The notes beneath the pieces are model-generated. The model worked only from the letters and a program-made list of their open reading frames with translations. It was not told the DNA's origin and ran no database searches. DNA of 63,765 nt, the filler included, from Hyphochytrium catenoides (lineage: Eukaryota; Protista; Hyphochytriomycota), in assembly GCA_900088475.1 (NCBI GenBank). It is 8 parts of 8 records of this genome, joined end to end, with 100 filler letters (N's around TTAATTAATTAA, not from the genome) between each part and the next. Parts side by side here need not be neighbours in the genome. Positions count along the whole stretch, not along the records: positions 1 to 13,804 come from FLMG01001206.1; 7 more parts are not named here. One strand, written 5' to 3'. The position numbers and the translations under genes were made by a program. Numbering within the stretch: position 1 is the stretch's first letter; each line of letters starts with the position of its first letter. Below are positions 1 to 13,122 of this stretch, in pieces.

Positions 1-33
1 TCTCTCTCTCTCTCTCTCTCTCCTTCCCTGCAG

Positions 34-677
34 AAGCTGTTTCTGACCATTGTCCAATCTTGGATATGTCTAAAATGCTACCTGCTCCTGACTCTCTCTC
101 TTCCTCGCTCTGTTCCTCGTGTTTAGTTCCCTTAGTTTGTTTTGTTTCCATTGCTGTCGAGTTTTTCTCGTCACGATCTATCACTTCTCTCTTCCTCTTT
201 CAAATATTGCCTCTGAAAAACCGAGTTCGTTTCGTTTCTCTCTCTCTCTAACTCTGTCCCCCCTTTCTCCCTTTCTATTTCTCCCTCTTTTTCTCTCTCC
301 CTATTTTTCTCTCTCTCCTCTCCCTTTTCGTTCAAATCTCTCAAATAAAGAAGGAAGACGGCGTGCGCAGTCCAGATGAAGAGCCACCGCAAGGCCCAGC
401 AAGAGGTAGGGGGAGCTCCACGCTTTCTCTGCTATTCTTCTCTCTTTCTCTTTTACAATCTACCTCTTTTTATATCTTTCTGTCTCTTTTTACTCTCTCT
501 CTTTTCTTTCTCTCTCTCTCTCTCTCTCTGTGTCGCTCCCTCTTCTCCCGTTTCCCCTTTCTACTCTTCCTCATTCCTTTTATTCTCTCACACGCTTTCT
601 CACATATGTTTCTCTACTTCGATCCATCTAGTCTCTGTCTGTCTCTATCTGTCTGTCAGTCTCTGTCTGTCGGTATG

Positions 678-715
<38 letters not shown>

Positions 716-985
716 TGTCTCTCTTTCTCTCTCTCTCTCTCTGTGTCTCTTGTCTTTGTGCCCTAACTAAGCTAGTAGTCTCCTCTGCACCTGCTGCAGT
801 CACACCTGCGGAGCTACTGATCTCTTCTGCTCCGCTGCGCGGCCCTGACACGAGTGATAAAGCCGCCGCTCCGGTCAGACCTCCTTCCAGTGATGGCGCT
901 AGACACAGATCACCGCCCAGTAAGGACCAAATTCTCCCTCTTCCTTGTCTCTTTCCCGTCTCCCTCTCGCATCCTGTCTCTCTCT

Positions 986-1020
<35 letters not shown>

Positions 1021-1242
1021 CTTACCTCTTGTCAGTCTGTTTCTGTCATTTTTCCGGATTGTCATTTTTTCTCTCTCCTCTATCTTTGTGTGCTAAGCTG
1101 TCTTTCCGTCGCCTTTCTTCAAAATATTCTCCTCCATTTGTCATCTGCACATTCTCGCTCTCTTTTTTACCCTTCTTCTAAGCGCGTCCCTTTTTTCCTA
1201 ACTTTAGTTTCCACTGTCTCGTCTCTCTCTCCCTCTCTCTCT

Positions 1243-1287
<45 letters not shown>

Positions 1288-1534
1288 GTCTCTCCCCCTC
1301 TCTTCTCTCTCTCTCTTCTCTCCTTTTTACCACCCTCGCTACCTCCTTGGCTTACCCTCTCATAGAGTCAAAGACCGCTTCCTCTCCTGTCCGGCGTCCC
1401 GCTGTAAAGTCCGTTCGTTTCTCTTCCTCTCCCCACGCGGTAGACAGCGGGGGCGGGGCGTGGGAGACTCACAGCTCTTCAGGCTCCAGAGAGCTTTCAG
1501 ACTTGGAGTTCAATCCTTACAAGATCAAGACCAC
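34..1534 (+). CDS. Exon fragments of an unidentified Ser/Pro-rich protein (partial)
   Basis: Non-repetitive islands (~34-95, ~345-404, ~772-920, ~1366-1534), several with AG/GT edges, separated by (CT)n introns. They translate to low-complexity text (LVVSSAPAAVTPAELL..., ESKTASSPVRRPAVKSVRF...). No family recognised. Confidence 0.4.
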
Positions 1535-1648
1535 NNNNNNNNNNNNNNNNNNNNNNNNNNNNNNNNNNNNNNNNNNNNNNNNNNNNNNNNNNNNNNNNNN
1601 NNNNNNNNNNNNNNNNNNNNNNNNNNNNNNNNNNNNNNNNNNNNNNNN

Positions 1649-2037
1649 GACCTTCAGAGACAGAGAAAAGTCAAAGAAGAGGAGGCTGTCGCGTACGTTA
1701 AGTGCCGGAGGAAACTCTCTCTCTCTCTCTCTCTTTCTTTCCCTCTCTCTCTCTCTTTCTCACTCTTTCTTTCTCTCTCTCTCTTTCTCTCTCTTTCAGT
1801 CTCACTCACTCTCTCTCACTCTATATCCTTACATTTTATGGTTCTCTTTCTCTCTCACTTGCATTCTTAACTCTTCTGGTTGCCTCTCTATCTTCCTCTG
1901 GTTCTCCGTGTTACCCTCGATTTTTCGTTTTAACGTCTCCCTGTCTCTCTCTCTCTCTCTTTCGTTTCTACCCCTCCTGTTCTCTCTTTCCTCTTTCTCT
2001 CGCTCCCGTCTCTCTCCTTCTCCCCTGTCTCTGCTCC

Positions 2038-2094
<57 letters not shown>

Positions 2095-2465
2095 GGCCTC
2101 GGGGACGGGAGAGCAGCTATGCCAAGTCTGTGGGAGCCGATCACTTTTACACCTCCGCGAAGATAAACAAAGGCTTAGAAGATGTCTTTCTCTCTCTCTC
2201 CAAGGCGATGCTGAAGAGAAAAGGAAAGAGAGAGAAGAGAGGCAGCGCCGGCGCCCAGGGAGGGAAAGGAGGCGGCGGAAGTTTGGTCACGGAAACACTG
2301 GAAGAGATGGATTACGGAATATCTTCAGGGGCAAGCTCAGGAGCGCCTAAAGGTGTGACAGGAGCGGGCGGCGTAGGATCGAGGAGAGGAACACGAACAG
2401 GGACGATCAATATTGTCGATGATGTCCAGCCCATGAACATCTCGGGGAGAAAGTGAGTAGACTCT

Positions 2466-2532
<67 letters not shown>

Positions 2533-3092
2533 CTCTCTCTCGCTCTGTGTGTGTGTGTGTCTGTCTGTCTGTAGCGTCCCTCTCTCTCTTTCTTCTCTCT
2601 CTCCCTCCTCCCTCTGTCTCTTTCTCCCTTCCTCTGTCCTTCTGTGTTCCTCTCTCTTGTTCTTTTTCTCTGTGTCTGTTCTGTCTCTCTTCTCTCTCCT
2701 TCTCGTTCTCTCTCGTCTTCCTCTCTCCTCTCGCTGTCCTTTCCTCTTCGTCATCACTCTTTCTCTCTTTCTCTTCTCCTTTGCTACAAGTCTCTCTCCC
2801 TCTTTATCTTTTGTTAACAACCTTGTGCTGTCTTCGAAAGTGGCCTCTCACTCTCCAGTGGTTCTGTCCAAAGTGTCTCTCTCTCGTCCTTCTCTGTGTC
2901 TTTTCCCCATTCCTCTGTCTTTCTCTTGTTTATCTCTCTATTTGGTCCGCCTTCTTCTCTCTCTCTCTCTCCGTCTTTCTTTCTTTCTCTCTTGCTTTTT
3001 ACCCAGATGCTAATCACTTCTTCCCGCCTCGTTCCTTTTCTCCCTTCTTTGACCTTTATTTTTGCTCCCTCTCTCCCTTGACCTTCTCTGTC

Positions 3093-3131
<39 letters not shown>

Positions 3132-3243
3132 TTTGCTCTTTCTTTTCTGCAGCGTTCGGGGAACACCTGGTCCTTCTGTGAATGGAGCGACACAGAGCAG
3201 CAGCAGCTCCAGCGGAGGGAAAGAGAAAGGAGGATGCTGCTAA
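1649..3243 (+). CDS. RAB21: Rab21-like small GTPase, 3' exons (1649-1692, 2117-2452, 3153-3243)
   Basis: Spliced translation DLQRQRKVKEEEAVA|YAKSVGADHFYTSAKINKGLEDVFLSLSKAM resembles the Rab21 post-G4/G5 (TSAK) region. GT-AG phases are consistent. Ends ...GGKEKGGCC* (CC prenylation motif, TAA 3241-3243). N-terminal exons are not seen. Confidence 0.8.
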
Positions 3244-3864
3244 GCCAAGAAATGACAGAGAACGAAAGTGAAATAAAGAAGAGGAGAAAAGGAGAAAGAG
3301 AGAGACAAAGAGAGAGAGAGAGAGGGAGGAAAGAAGAGAAAGAGAGAGAAAGAACAGGAGAAAAGGGGAGAAGGGAAGGTGCATCCAGTTTGGAGAGAAG
3401 CAGCACCATGAGAGAAAAGTGTCTTTTTAGTCCAGGGCATCCCGTTCTTCTTCTCTCCGCCGATGGGTTGAGAGGTAGCAAGAGAGGAGAAAGATGGGGA
3501 AGAGAGAGAAATAACAGACTAAGAGGAGACAGAGAGTCAAGACATCCACTGAAAGGGGGAGAGAGAGAGAGAGAAAGGGAAAGAGAGACACAGAGAGAGA
3601 GGGAGAGAGAATACTCTTGAAGATCATGATTTTCCTTCATAGTACATGGGTACCCATATATTGAACTTGGTTCTCGCTCTATGATGTATGCATTCTATTG
3701 CCCTATACAGATAATATGGGTAGTGTTTGCCACAAAGTCGTTACTGCGAGCTGGTTAACCCACAACTCATATGGGTAATATGAGCTAGTCTAGGCGTTAG
3801 CGGATACAGATGGTCCCCCTTTATCAGCTGCGTTCTCTCCTCATCCTCTCTCCCTCTCTTTTCG

Positions 3865-3904
<40 letters not shown>

Positions 3905-3909
3905 TCTCC

Positions 3910-3940
<31 letters not shown>

Positions 3941-4453
3941 CTCGCTCTCTCTCTCTTTCTCTCTCTCTCCTCTCTCTCTCTCTCTTCCCCTCTCCCTTCC
4001 CCGTCCCTCTCTCTCCCACTCTCTCTTCTACTCGCTCTCTTTTTCTCTCTCTCTCTCTCGCGTTCTGTCTTTCTCTCTCTTCGCTCTCTCTCTCTCTGTC
4101 TCTCTCTCTCTACCTAGTTGTCAAATCAGTTCCACTCTGTTCTCTCACTTTTCCTCAGATCCCCGCCGTTGTCCTCTTGATGACAAAGACAAGCTCTTTT
4201 CATTGAGATTTCTCTCTTCTCCTCTCTCTATTTCTCTCTCTTTCTCTCTCTTCCCCACTCTTTTCCGTTCACATTAGCCTAAGAATAATCGTGCAGACAT
4301 CGCCGTAGTACCTAGAAAGAGGCAAAAAGAGAGAGAGACCAGTAGAGAAAGAGACTAGAAGATACGATGGCGACAGGTTAGGAAGAGAGAGGCAAAGGGA
4401 AAGACATCTAGCGCGGGCACTACTGCTGCTATTGCTCTACTGCTGTGCCCTAT

Positions 4454-4494
<41 letters not shown>

Positions 4495-4580
4495 ACTTTC
4501 TCTTTGTCTCTTTTCTCCGTGTCTCTCTCCCTATCTTTTCTCTCTTTCCCTCTTTCTCTCCCTCTCTCTCTCCTTCAGCT

Positions 4581-4782
4581 ATGAATCTTGGGAGAGAAAG
4601 AGAAGAAGGTGGAGGGGCTGTTCGGCAGCGCCTTAAGAGACGAAGAGGTAAGCACAGAAAAAAGAAGAGAGAGAGAGCTTTGATACGAGAGGAAAGAATA
4701 GGGAGAGAGAGAGAGAGAGCGGCGTACTGTCGAAGGATCTCTACTATTTGCCTCTCTTTCTCTCTCTCTCAGTCCCCTTAAG

Positions 4783-4818
<36 letters not shown>

Positions 4819-4868
4819 TCTTATCTCTCTCACGCCAACACTCTCTCTGTGTCCTTTCTCTCTCCTTG

Positions 4869-4907
<39 letters not shown>

Positions 4908-5156
4908 CTCTCTCTTTTCTCTCTCCTCTTCTCTCTCTCTCTTTTCTCTCTCTTTCTCTTCCTCTCTCTCTCTCTCTCTCCCTCTTGCCTTTCTCCCTCG
5001 TCACTCTGTCTCGCAGATGTCTCCTCCCCGAACGCCTTTATAAATCTCCTTCAGCGGCAGGTCCAGGCTCTCGATTTGAGGAGTAGAAGAGAAAACTTCG
5101 CCGCCCTCGAGAGATTTGTTGACACAGAAAGTGTCAAACATGTAGGCATCTCTCCC

Positions 5157-5237
<81 letters not shown>

Positions 5238-5327
5238 CTTCCTGTTCATTTTTTGTTCGGCTCTCTTTCATATTTCGCTTCTGCTCTCACTTCTACCACC
5301 CTCTCTTTCTCTGCCGTACGTAAAAAG

Positions 5328-5358
<31 letters not shown>

Positions 5359-5856
5359 TCTTCCCTCTTCTCTCTCTAACAACCTTTGTCTGTAGTCTTC
5401 TGTCCTTCTCTTCTGTACTCTTTTACACTCTCGCCCGTATCTCCGCCCCCTATCTCTCCACATGGACACTCTCTCTTCAACTCTTCTTTCCGTACTATCT
5501 CCTCTCTCTCTCTCTCTCTCCCCCTCCTCTCTTTCTCTCTCTCTCTCTCTTTTTCTATGTGTGTGTCTGTTCTTCTGTGTCCCTCTCTCGCTGTATCTTT
5601 TTCTCTCTTAACTACTCACTTGCAATCTCTCTGACCAACATCTCTGCTCTTCTCCACCTTTCCTCTCTTTCTTTCCCTCTTTCTTTCTCTCTCTCTCTCT
5701 CTCTTTCTCTACTTCTTCTTCCCTCCCTCCGTTTCTTTGCTGCTCTCTTCAAAATTAATTCTTTTTTGCGCTTTTAACCCCTCTCTCTCTCCCTCTGTCT
5801 CTGTCTCTCTCTCACTCTCTCTCTCTCTCACACTCTCTCTCTGTGTCTCTCTCTCA

Positions 5857-5893
<37 letters not shown>

Positions 5894-6039
5894 GGTGGAA
5901 TGCCGTTATTATGATCTTCCCCCGACGACAAAGAGCGCAATTTCCATCGCTTTCTCTCCTGACGGAAGCTGCTTCGCCTCCACTCACGGCGATCACACAG
6001 TCAAAATCATTGAGTTTAATTCGGGCAGGATACTGAAGG

Positions 6040-6072
<33 letters not shown>

Positions 6073-6308
6073 TTGTCCTCTTTCTTGTTCTCTTTCTCTC
6101 TCTTCCTCTCCCTCTCGTTGTGCTCTTTCTCCGTTGCATTTCCCCCTTTCCTCCCGAGATCTTTCTTTCTCTTCTCTCCTTCCACTCTTTCCCACCTTTC
6201 TTTCTTTTTCTCTCTCCTCTTTCTCTCTTTCATTCCGCGGGTTTTGTCCCATTCTCGCCTCCGTTCCCATCTTCTCTTTCTCTCTCTCTCTCTCTTTCTC
6301 TCTCTGTC

Positions 6309-6352
<44 letters not shown>

Positions 6353-7008
6353 CTTAGACGCTGGTGGGGCACCCTCGCACTCCTTGGACAGTAAAATATC
6401 ATCCAACAGACCCAAAAATAGTTGCCTCAGGATGTCTCGCGTTCCAAGTCAGGTAAGAGACAGAGTTCAAAGAGAAAGAGAGAGAAAGAGAGAGAAGGAA
6501 AGAGGGAACAATCAAAAGGGGAAGTCAAGGTAGAGGAGAAGGCAACAGAAAGAAGAGAGAGACACAAACCGAGAAAGGGAAAGAGAGAGAGAGAAAGAGA
6601 GAAGCAGGAAGACCCAAGAGCATATGAACCTTTCTTTCTATGTCTCTCTCTCTCTCTCTTTCTCTCTTTCTCTCTCTTTCCGGTTTTCTTTCTCTGTCAA
6701 TCTCTCCCTCTTTGGATGTCTCTCTTCGCGATCAGTCTTTCTATGTAGTTCTCTGAATCGCTAAGACTNNNNNNNNNNNNNNNNNNNNNNNNNNNNNNNN
6801 NNNNNNNNNNNNNNNNNNNNNNNNCTAGGGTGTGGGACGTGTACTCTGGCGCGTGTCTCTTCCGAGAGGTTCTGACTCATCCGATCATTTCTATTTCCTT
6901 TCATCCTGCCGGCACCGTCCTCGGCGTGGCCTGCGGGAAGAACCTACATGTTTGGGAATATCAGGTCTCCCTCTCTCTCTCTAATATACTCTCTCTCTCT
7001 CTAATATA

Positions 7009-7067
<59 letters not shown>

Positions 7068-7947
7068 TTGCCTTGCACCGCCTGTTCCATCCCCACGCTC
7101 TCTCTCTTTCTCTCGCGACCCCTTCCTGCCTGTCTCTTTCTTTCTTTTCCTTTCCTCCCTCTCCATTTGTCCCCTCTCTCTCTCTTCTCTTTTCTCTCTC
7201 TCTCTCTCTCTCCCCTCTCCATACTGCCTCAATTCGTGTTTTCGACCTTCCCTTGTAATCTACGGCGTCAATGTTTTCTCTCTCCTCCTCTCTTTTGGAT
7301 CTTTCCTCCGGGTTACTTCCTAATTTCTTCTCTCTACTCGCTAATCTCTCTTTCTCTCTCTCTGTCTGTCTCTCTCTCTCTCTTTCTCTCTCTCTCTGTC
7401 TGTCTCTCTTTCTCTTTTGGCTTGCGATTCTAGGAGTCGAAGCCTGTAGTTGTCTTAGAAAGTGAGAGGACGCTGCGTTGTGTCTTCTTCACCCGCAGCG
7501 GAGACAGAGTTATAGTGGGAGAGGCAAACGAACCGACGGTAGGGTCTTCTCTTTCTCTCCTTCTCTTTCTCTCTCTTCTTCTCTCTCTTACAGGCTCTTT
7601 CTTCCAACTCTCTCTCTCTCTCTCTACTCCATTTGTCTATCGCTTCCTCTCTTTCTCCTGCTTCCTCTTTCTCTCTCTCCACTTCTTTCTTCACTTCCGC
7701 ACCCTCCTTCTCTCTCTCTCTCTCTCTGTCTGTCTCTCTCTCTTTTTCTCTCCCCCTCTTACTCTCCCCTTCTCTTTCTCCCCCCTCTCTTCTTCTCTCT
7801 CTGAGAGTTTGTCTGCTGAGCCTTCTAGCTAGCCCTCTTCTTGTCGAGTCTCTTCTCTCTCTCATTCAATTTCACGTCTTTACTCTCTCTCTCTCCTTCT
7901 CCTATCTGCGCTTAATCCTTTCCCTCTGCGTATCCTCCTCCCCCCAA

Positions 7948-8040
<93 letters not shown>

Positions 8041-8093
8041 TTTCCTATCTCATTTAATCCTGTCCCCACTGCTTATCCTCCTCCTCCTCCTAA

Positions 8094-8129
<36 letters not shown>

Positions 8130-8558
8130 CCCTTCTCTCTCTCTCTTTCACTAAATGTTAGGCTTACCAGGATATGGAGTTAACGGTGACTCTCTCTCTC
8201 TGGAAATTTAATCTCCTGGACGCGACCTCCCGCCACGGCTTCAGAACTGCGCTCGCGGAGGTAAGAACGCGTGAAAGTTTCCAGAAGAAATATATCGGAG
8301 GGATGGGCAAGATTGTTATGTAGGGTTTCAGGATGGAAGTTTGGAAAAAATCGGAAGATTAGGGGCTGCGATCGCTCTCTCTCTCTCTCTCTCTCTCTCC
8401 TTTATGTCTCCCTTCTTTTCCTCTCTCTCTCCCTCTTTCTCTCTCACCTCGCTTCTGCCATGACGTTGTCACTGATAGTCGCTCCGCCTGGAAGTGCTTT
8501 CCCAGACCTTCATAATCATGTCTTCTCTTTAGCTGTATGCTCTCTCTCTTCCTCTCTG

Positions 8559-8590
<32 letters not shown>

Positions 8591-9624
8591 CCCTCTCTCT
8601 TTAACTCAATACCTTCTGGCTCCTCTAAGTTTCTCAAAGTCTTTGAACTTGCTTCCATCCCCTTCTTTTCTCTACGATTCGCCTAACCGTCCTCTTCCAA
8701 TCACTCTCTCTCTTTCTCTCTCTCTCTCTTTGCGTCAGCCTCATTTTCTCTACGATTCTCCTAACCGTCCTCTTCCAATCACTCTCTCTCTTTCTCTCTC
8801 TCTCTCTTTGCGTCAGCCTCAGGCTCTATTATCGCACGCTATTCTCTACAGCGATGGAGGCTTTGACGTCTCTTCCTGCGGAAACTACCTCGTCGCTTGC
8901 GCAGAGTTTCCTCCAAAGAGCACAAAAGAAGAAGAGAGAGTGCCTTCTCCCTCAACCGTGGCGGGTAAGAATATGTAAAGAGAAGAAAAGGAAGAGAGAC
9001 CGAGAGAGAAAACGAGAGAGACAAAAAAAAAGAGGAAGAGAGAGAGAGACTCTAAAGAGAGAAACAGCCAGGGACATAGCTAGAACAACTAGAGCAATCG
9101 GAGAGAATGATTGTTTTATGGAGTGAGCTTTCTCCCCCCTCTCTCTCTCTCTCTCTCTCAGTCTCTCTCTTTCTTGCGTTGGCTAATTGTATCATCTTTC
9201 GCTCTGCCCTCTGTCTGTCTTGTTCATTTTCGCCCTTTTTTCTCTCTCTCTCTTTCTCTTTGTCTTTCTCTCTCTTTTCCTCTGCTTCTCTCTCTTTCTT
9301 TTTCTCTCTCTGCTTTTTCCCGCTCCATCTCTTTCTCTCTCCCCCTCTCCTTTCTCTTCTCTTTCTTCCTTTCTCTCTCTTTCTCTTTCTCTGCTCCTGC
9401 TGTGGGGCAGAATCCGCAGGATCTTTGTTCCCTTCTCCTGCTCCGCCCCTTCCTCCTCCAGAGACAAGTCCTGAGAGAATGATAGAAGAGGTCCTTTCTC
9501 CCTTCCTCTCCATTAAGAGAGGATCGTGCTGCTCTCTCTCTCTCTCTCTCTGTCTCTTGGTCTTTCTCCCTTATTGCCATTTCGCTATCAGAAATATCTA
9601 TAATTTTCCTTGCCTCTGCTTTTG

Positions 9625-9662
<38 letters not shown>

Positions 9663-9954
9663 TGTTTGATGTTTGTTACCAGAATGTTCCCTGTTTCTGC
9701 TGTCTCTGCCTTTCTCCCCTCTTTCCCTCTCTGCCAGTCGGGTTGCCTGGTTCATCCCCTTCTTACTTTTTCTCTCTCTCTCTCCCACTCTCTGTCTGTC
9801 TCTCTCTCCCTCTTTCTCCCTCTCTCTCTCTCTCTCTCTCCCCTTCAGTCTGGCTCACAGCCTAGCTCGGGGGAGGACATGATGGACCTTCAGGCGCAAG
9901 AGGCAGTGCAACTTTTGAGAAGCGCCATTCCAGAGGTGAATGTCTTCCATTCCT

Positions 9955-9985
<31 letters not shown>

Positions 9986-10610
9986 GTCTCTCTCTCTCTG
10001 TGTGTATGTGTCTCTCTCCCATATCACAAAATTCGCTCTGTCTGTCTCTCTCTTGGTTCTCTCTGTTTCTGCTGTACTTCATGTCCTACCTTTTCTCTCG
10101 ATGCCCCAGTCTTCTCCAACCTCTCTCTCTCTCTTTCTCTCCCTATCTTCTAAAGGACAAGAAGGAAAGGTTTTCAGGGTTATTTCTTATGCTTTCTCTC
10201 TCTGTTNNNNNNNNNNNNNNNNNNNNNNNNNNNNNNNNNNNNNNNNNNNNNNNNNNNNNNNNCTCTCTCTCTCTCTCTTCTTTTTCCTTGTCTCCTCCCC
10301 CCCACTTTCTCTTTCTCTCTCTCTCTCGCTCTCTCCCTCTTTTTCTCTCTCTCTTTTTTTCTCTCTCTCTCTCTGTTTCTCTCTCTCTCTCTCTCTCTCT
10401 CCCTGTGTGTGTGTGTATAGCCTCCTCCCATCGTCCGCGGGTTAGAGTTCCCTTCGGAGGCTCTTTCTCGTTCCTCCCGCGTCGCTCTGAGGATCACAGG
10501 AGACCTTCCTTGTTCTTTTACTCCTCCTTCTCTCTCTTCTGTCTCTCTCCCTCTCCCTCCTTCCCTTCCTCCCAGAGCACAGCCCGTGATGTCTCACAGG
10601 TAGGAGAGAA

Positions 10611-10664
<54 letters not shown>

Positions 10665-11112
10665 CCTCTCGTTTGCTCTCTCTAGGGTTAAATCGTACTC
10701 GTGGACTCTGGATTGATCTCTCTCTCTCTCTCTCTCTCTCTCGTCGTCTGCCTCTGTTCTCTTTCGAACTATTTACTCCGTTTACTCTCTTTTCTGACGT
10801 GTCTCTCTCTCTCCCTCTCTCAGCAACGGACACGTTGCTTTTAACTCTACATTGGGAAGCTTAAACGGGCAATTTCGAGAGAGGACAGAGGGAGAGACAC
10901 TGGGGAGAGGAGGAGAGAGAGAGAGAAGAGAGAGAGGAGAGAGTCACCGCCACCACGTCATTAGACGGAGGCTCAATCCTTCTCGCTCCTCTTCCTCTTC
11001 TTCCTTTCGTTCTTCTCACGGTGACGCCTCTCTCGCGGTGATCTCTCTTGGAAGGCATTCCTTAGGAAAAGTCATCAGATCAGAAAAATTGTTAAATATC
11101 CTCATCAACCTT

Positions 11113-11174
<62 letters not shown>

Positions 11175-11179
11175 GCTCG

Positions 11180-11213
<34 letters not shown>

Positions 11214-11470
11214 ATTTTCTCTCTCTCTTTTCTCTTTCTCTCTCTCTCTCTCTCCTGCGCTCTTCTCTCTCTCTCTGTCTGTCTCTTCCGGATATTTTCC
11301 ATGAAGCTTTCTCTTCCCTTGCTATTCGCGACTCTCTTTCACGAACTTTCTTTCTTTCTCTTTTTCTCATCCTCTCTACGTTATCTCTGCTTCACTCTCT
11401 CTTGATTTTCTCTTTCTTCCTCTCTTTGTCTTTCCCACAATCTTTCACCTGCTCACTTCAATCATTCTTT

Positions 11471-11504
<34 letters not shown>

Positions 11505-11766
11505 GTCTTCTTCTCTCTCTCTCTTTTAATGAGCCTTAACTCTCTCTCACGCGCCAACGGCGTGACATCTGTGAAGCTCTCTCCCACAGGATCTTTTGTT
11601 ATTCTCGGATATGGAGTCAGAGACAGATCAGCAGCTAACTCAAGGTCTCTCTCTCTCTCTCTCTCTTTCCCAATTTCTTCACTTCCCCTTCTCCCTCTGT
11701 CTCTTTCTCTCTTTCCTTCGCATCCTCTCTCTCTTTCCTTCGGTTTAACTCGACTTCTCTCTCTCC

Positions 11767-11822
<56 letters not shown>

Positions 11823-12575
11823 CGATATTATTAGCTGCAATTCTGCTACTCTTTCTCTCCTCTCTCCAAAACGGTCTAAGCTCTCTCTTTCTTTTCTCAC
11901 ACCCTTGGTCTGTCTCTCTCTCTCTTGTCTTTCTGTCCGTCTCTCCCTCTTTCTCTCTTTCTCTCTCTCTCTCTCTCTTCAGCCAAGGTCGAGTAGTAGT
12001 TCCCCACCGCGTTGTTAGCGTTTACAAGTGCTCAGACCTGTCTCTTATGGTACGACAGTCTCTTCTGTCTCTCTCTCTCTCTTTCTTCCTCTTTCTTCTA
12101 TTTCTCTCTCCTTATCCCTTCGTTCTACAGTCTCTCCTCTCTCAGCTAATGCCATTCCAAACATACAGCTAGCTCTCTCTCTCTTTCTCTTCCTCAAAAC
12201 CATCCCCTCTCTCTCTCTCTCTCTTTGCTCTTCTTTGGCTGCCCATGACTTTCTCTCTCTTTCTCATTTCTCTCCCCTTTTTCACCCATGACGCTTTCTC
12301 TCTCTCTCTCTCTCTCTTCTCTTCGCCGGCCCATAACACTTTTTCTCGCTATATTTCCCTTCTCTTTGCCCGCCCATGACTCTCTCTCTCTCTCTCTCTT
12401 TCTTTTGCTCTCTCTCTCTTTCTCTCTTTTTCTCTCTCTCTCTCTCTCTCCCCCTAGACGATGCTTGCCAGCACTCACGATGATGTGAATATCGCACTCT
12501 TTCACCCGAGCCCGGGCCTTGGGTTTGTGTATGGAACTAAACAAGGGAGAATCAGACAGTCTAGCATTAGAAGAT

Positions 12576-12577
<2 letters not shown>
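4581..12577 (+). CDS. AMBRA1: AMBRA1-like split-WD40 protein (DCAF-type), roughly 15 exons
   Basis: Exons translate to ISIAFSPDGSCFASTHGDHTVKI (5895-6038), TLVGHPRTPWTVKYHP...VASGCL (6358-6452), VWDV...ISISFHP (6829-6964), ILYSDGGFDVSSCG (~8823-8964), LAVISLGRHSLG, VTSVKLSPTGSFVILG and DVNIALFHPSPGLGFVYGTKQGRI* (12458-12577). These match AMBRA1 N- and C-terminal WD motifs in the same order. Confidence 0.85.
8666..8821 (+). repeat. Tandem 78-bp duplication of an intron 3' end (CTAAC branch-like site, pyrimidine tract, CAG)
   Basis: Two near-identical units TTTTCTCTACGATTC..CTAACCGTCC...GCGTCAGCCTCA at 8666-8743 and 8744-8821. Confidence 0.9.
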
Positions 12578-12611
<34 letters not shown>

Positions 12612-13122
12612 NNNNNNNNNNNNNNNNNNTTCTTTCTCTCTCTTTCTCTTGGCAATCGTTCTCCCTCTTTTTGACGAAGAAAGGAATGTGCTTTTTCTGC
12701 CTAAACTTCATAATGAAGCCTGTTGTACTTTTAGAAAACGTCAATGCTCTTCTCTTTATTATCAGAAAGACTCTCTCTCTCTCTCTCTCTGTTTCTCTCT
12801 CTGTTCCTCTCTTTGTCTACAAGAGTAAGGAATACAAGAGGAAGAAAGTGTTCCTCTCTTTCTGTCCTTGAGCGTCGTATGAAAGAAAAAGAATGGGAAC
12901 CCACGCGGGGGAGAGAAAAGAGACTCTCTCTCTCTCTCTCTCTCTCCTCTGTCGTGTTTGTTGTCTCTCTTGTCCCTCTTGGGCGAGACTCTTCAGATAA
13001 ATAATGGTAAGCCCCAAGAGAGAGAGAGAGAGAGAAAAAGAGAATTTTCTGCTTCTCCTATTCCTCATAAAAAGAGAAGCGAAGAAAGAGTCTTTCGTCT
13101 CTCTCTCTCTCTCTCTCTCTCG

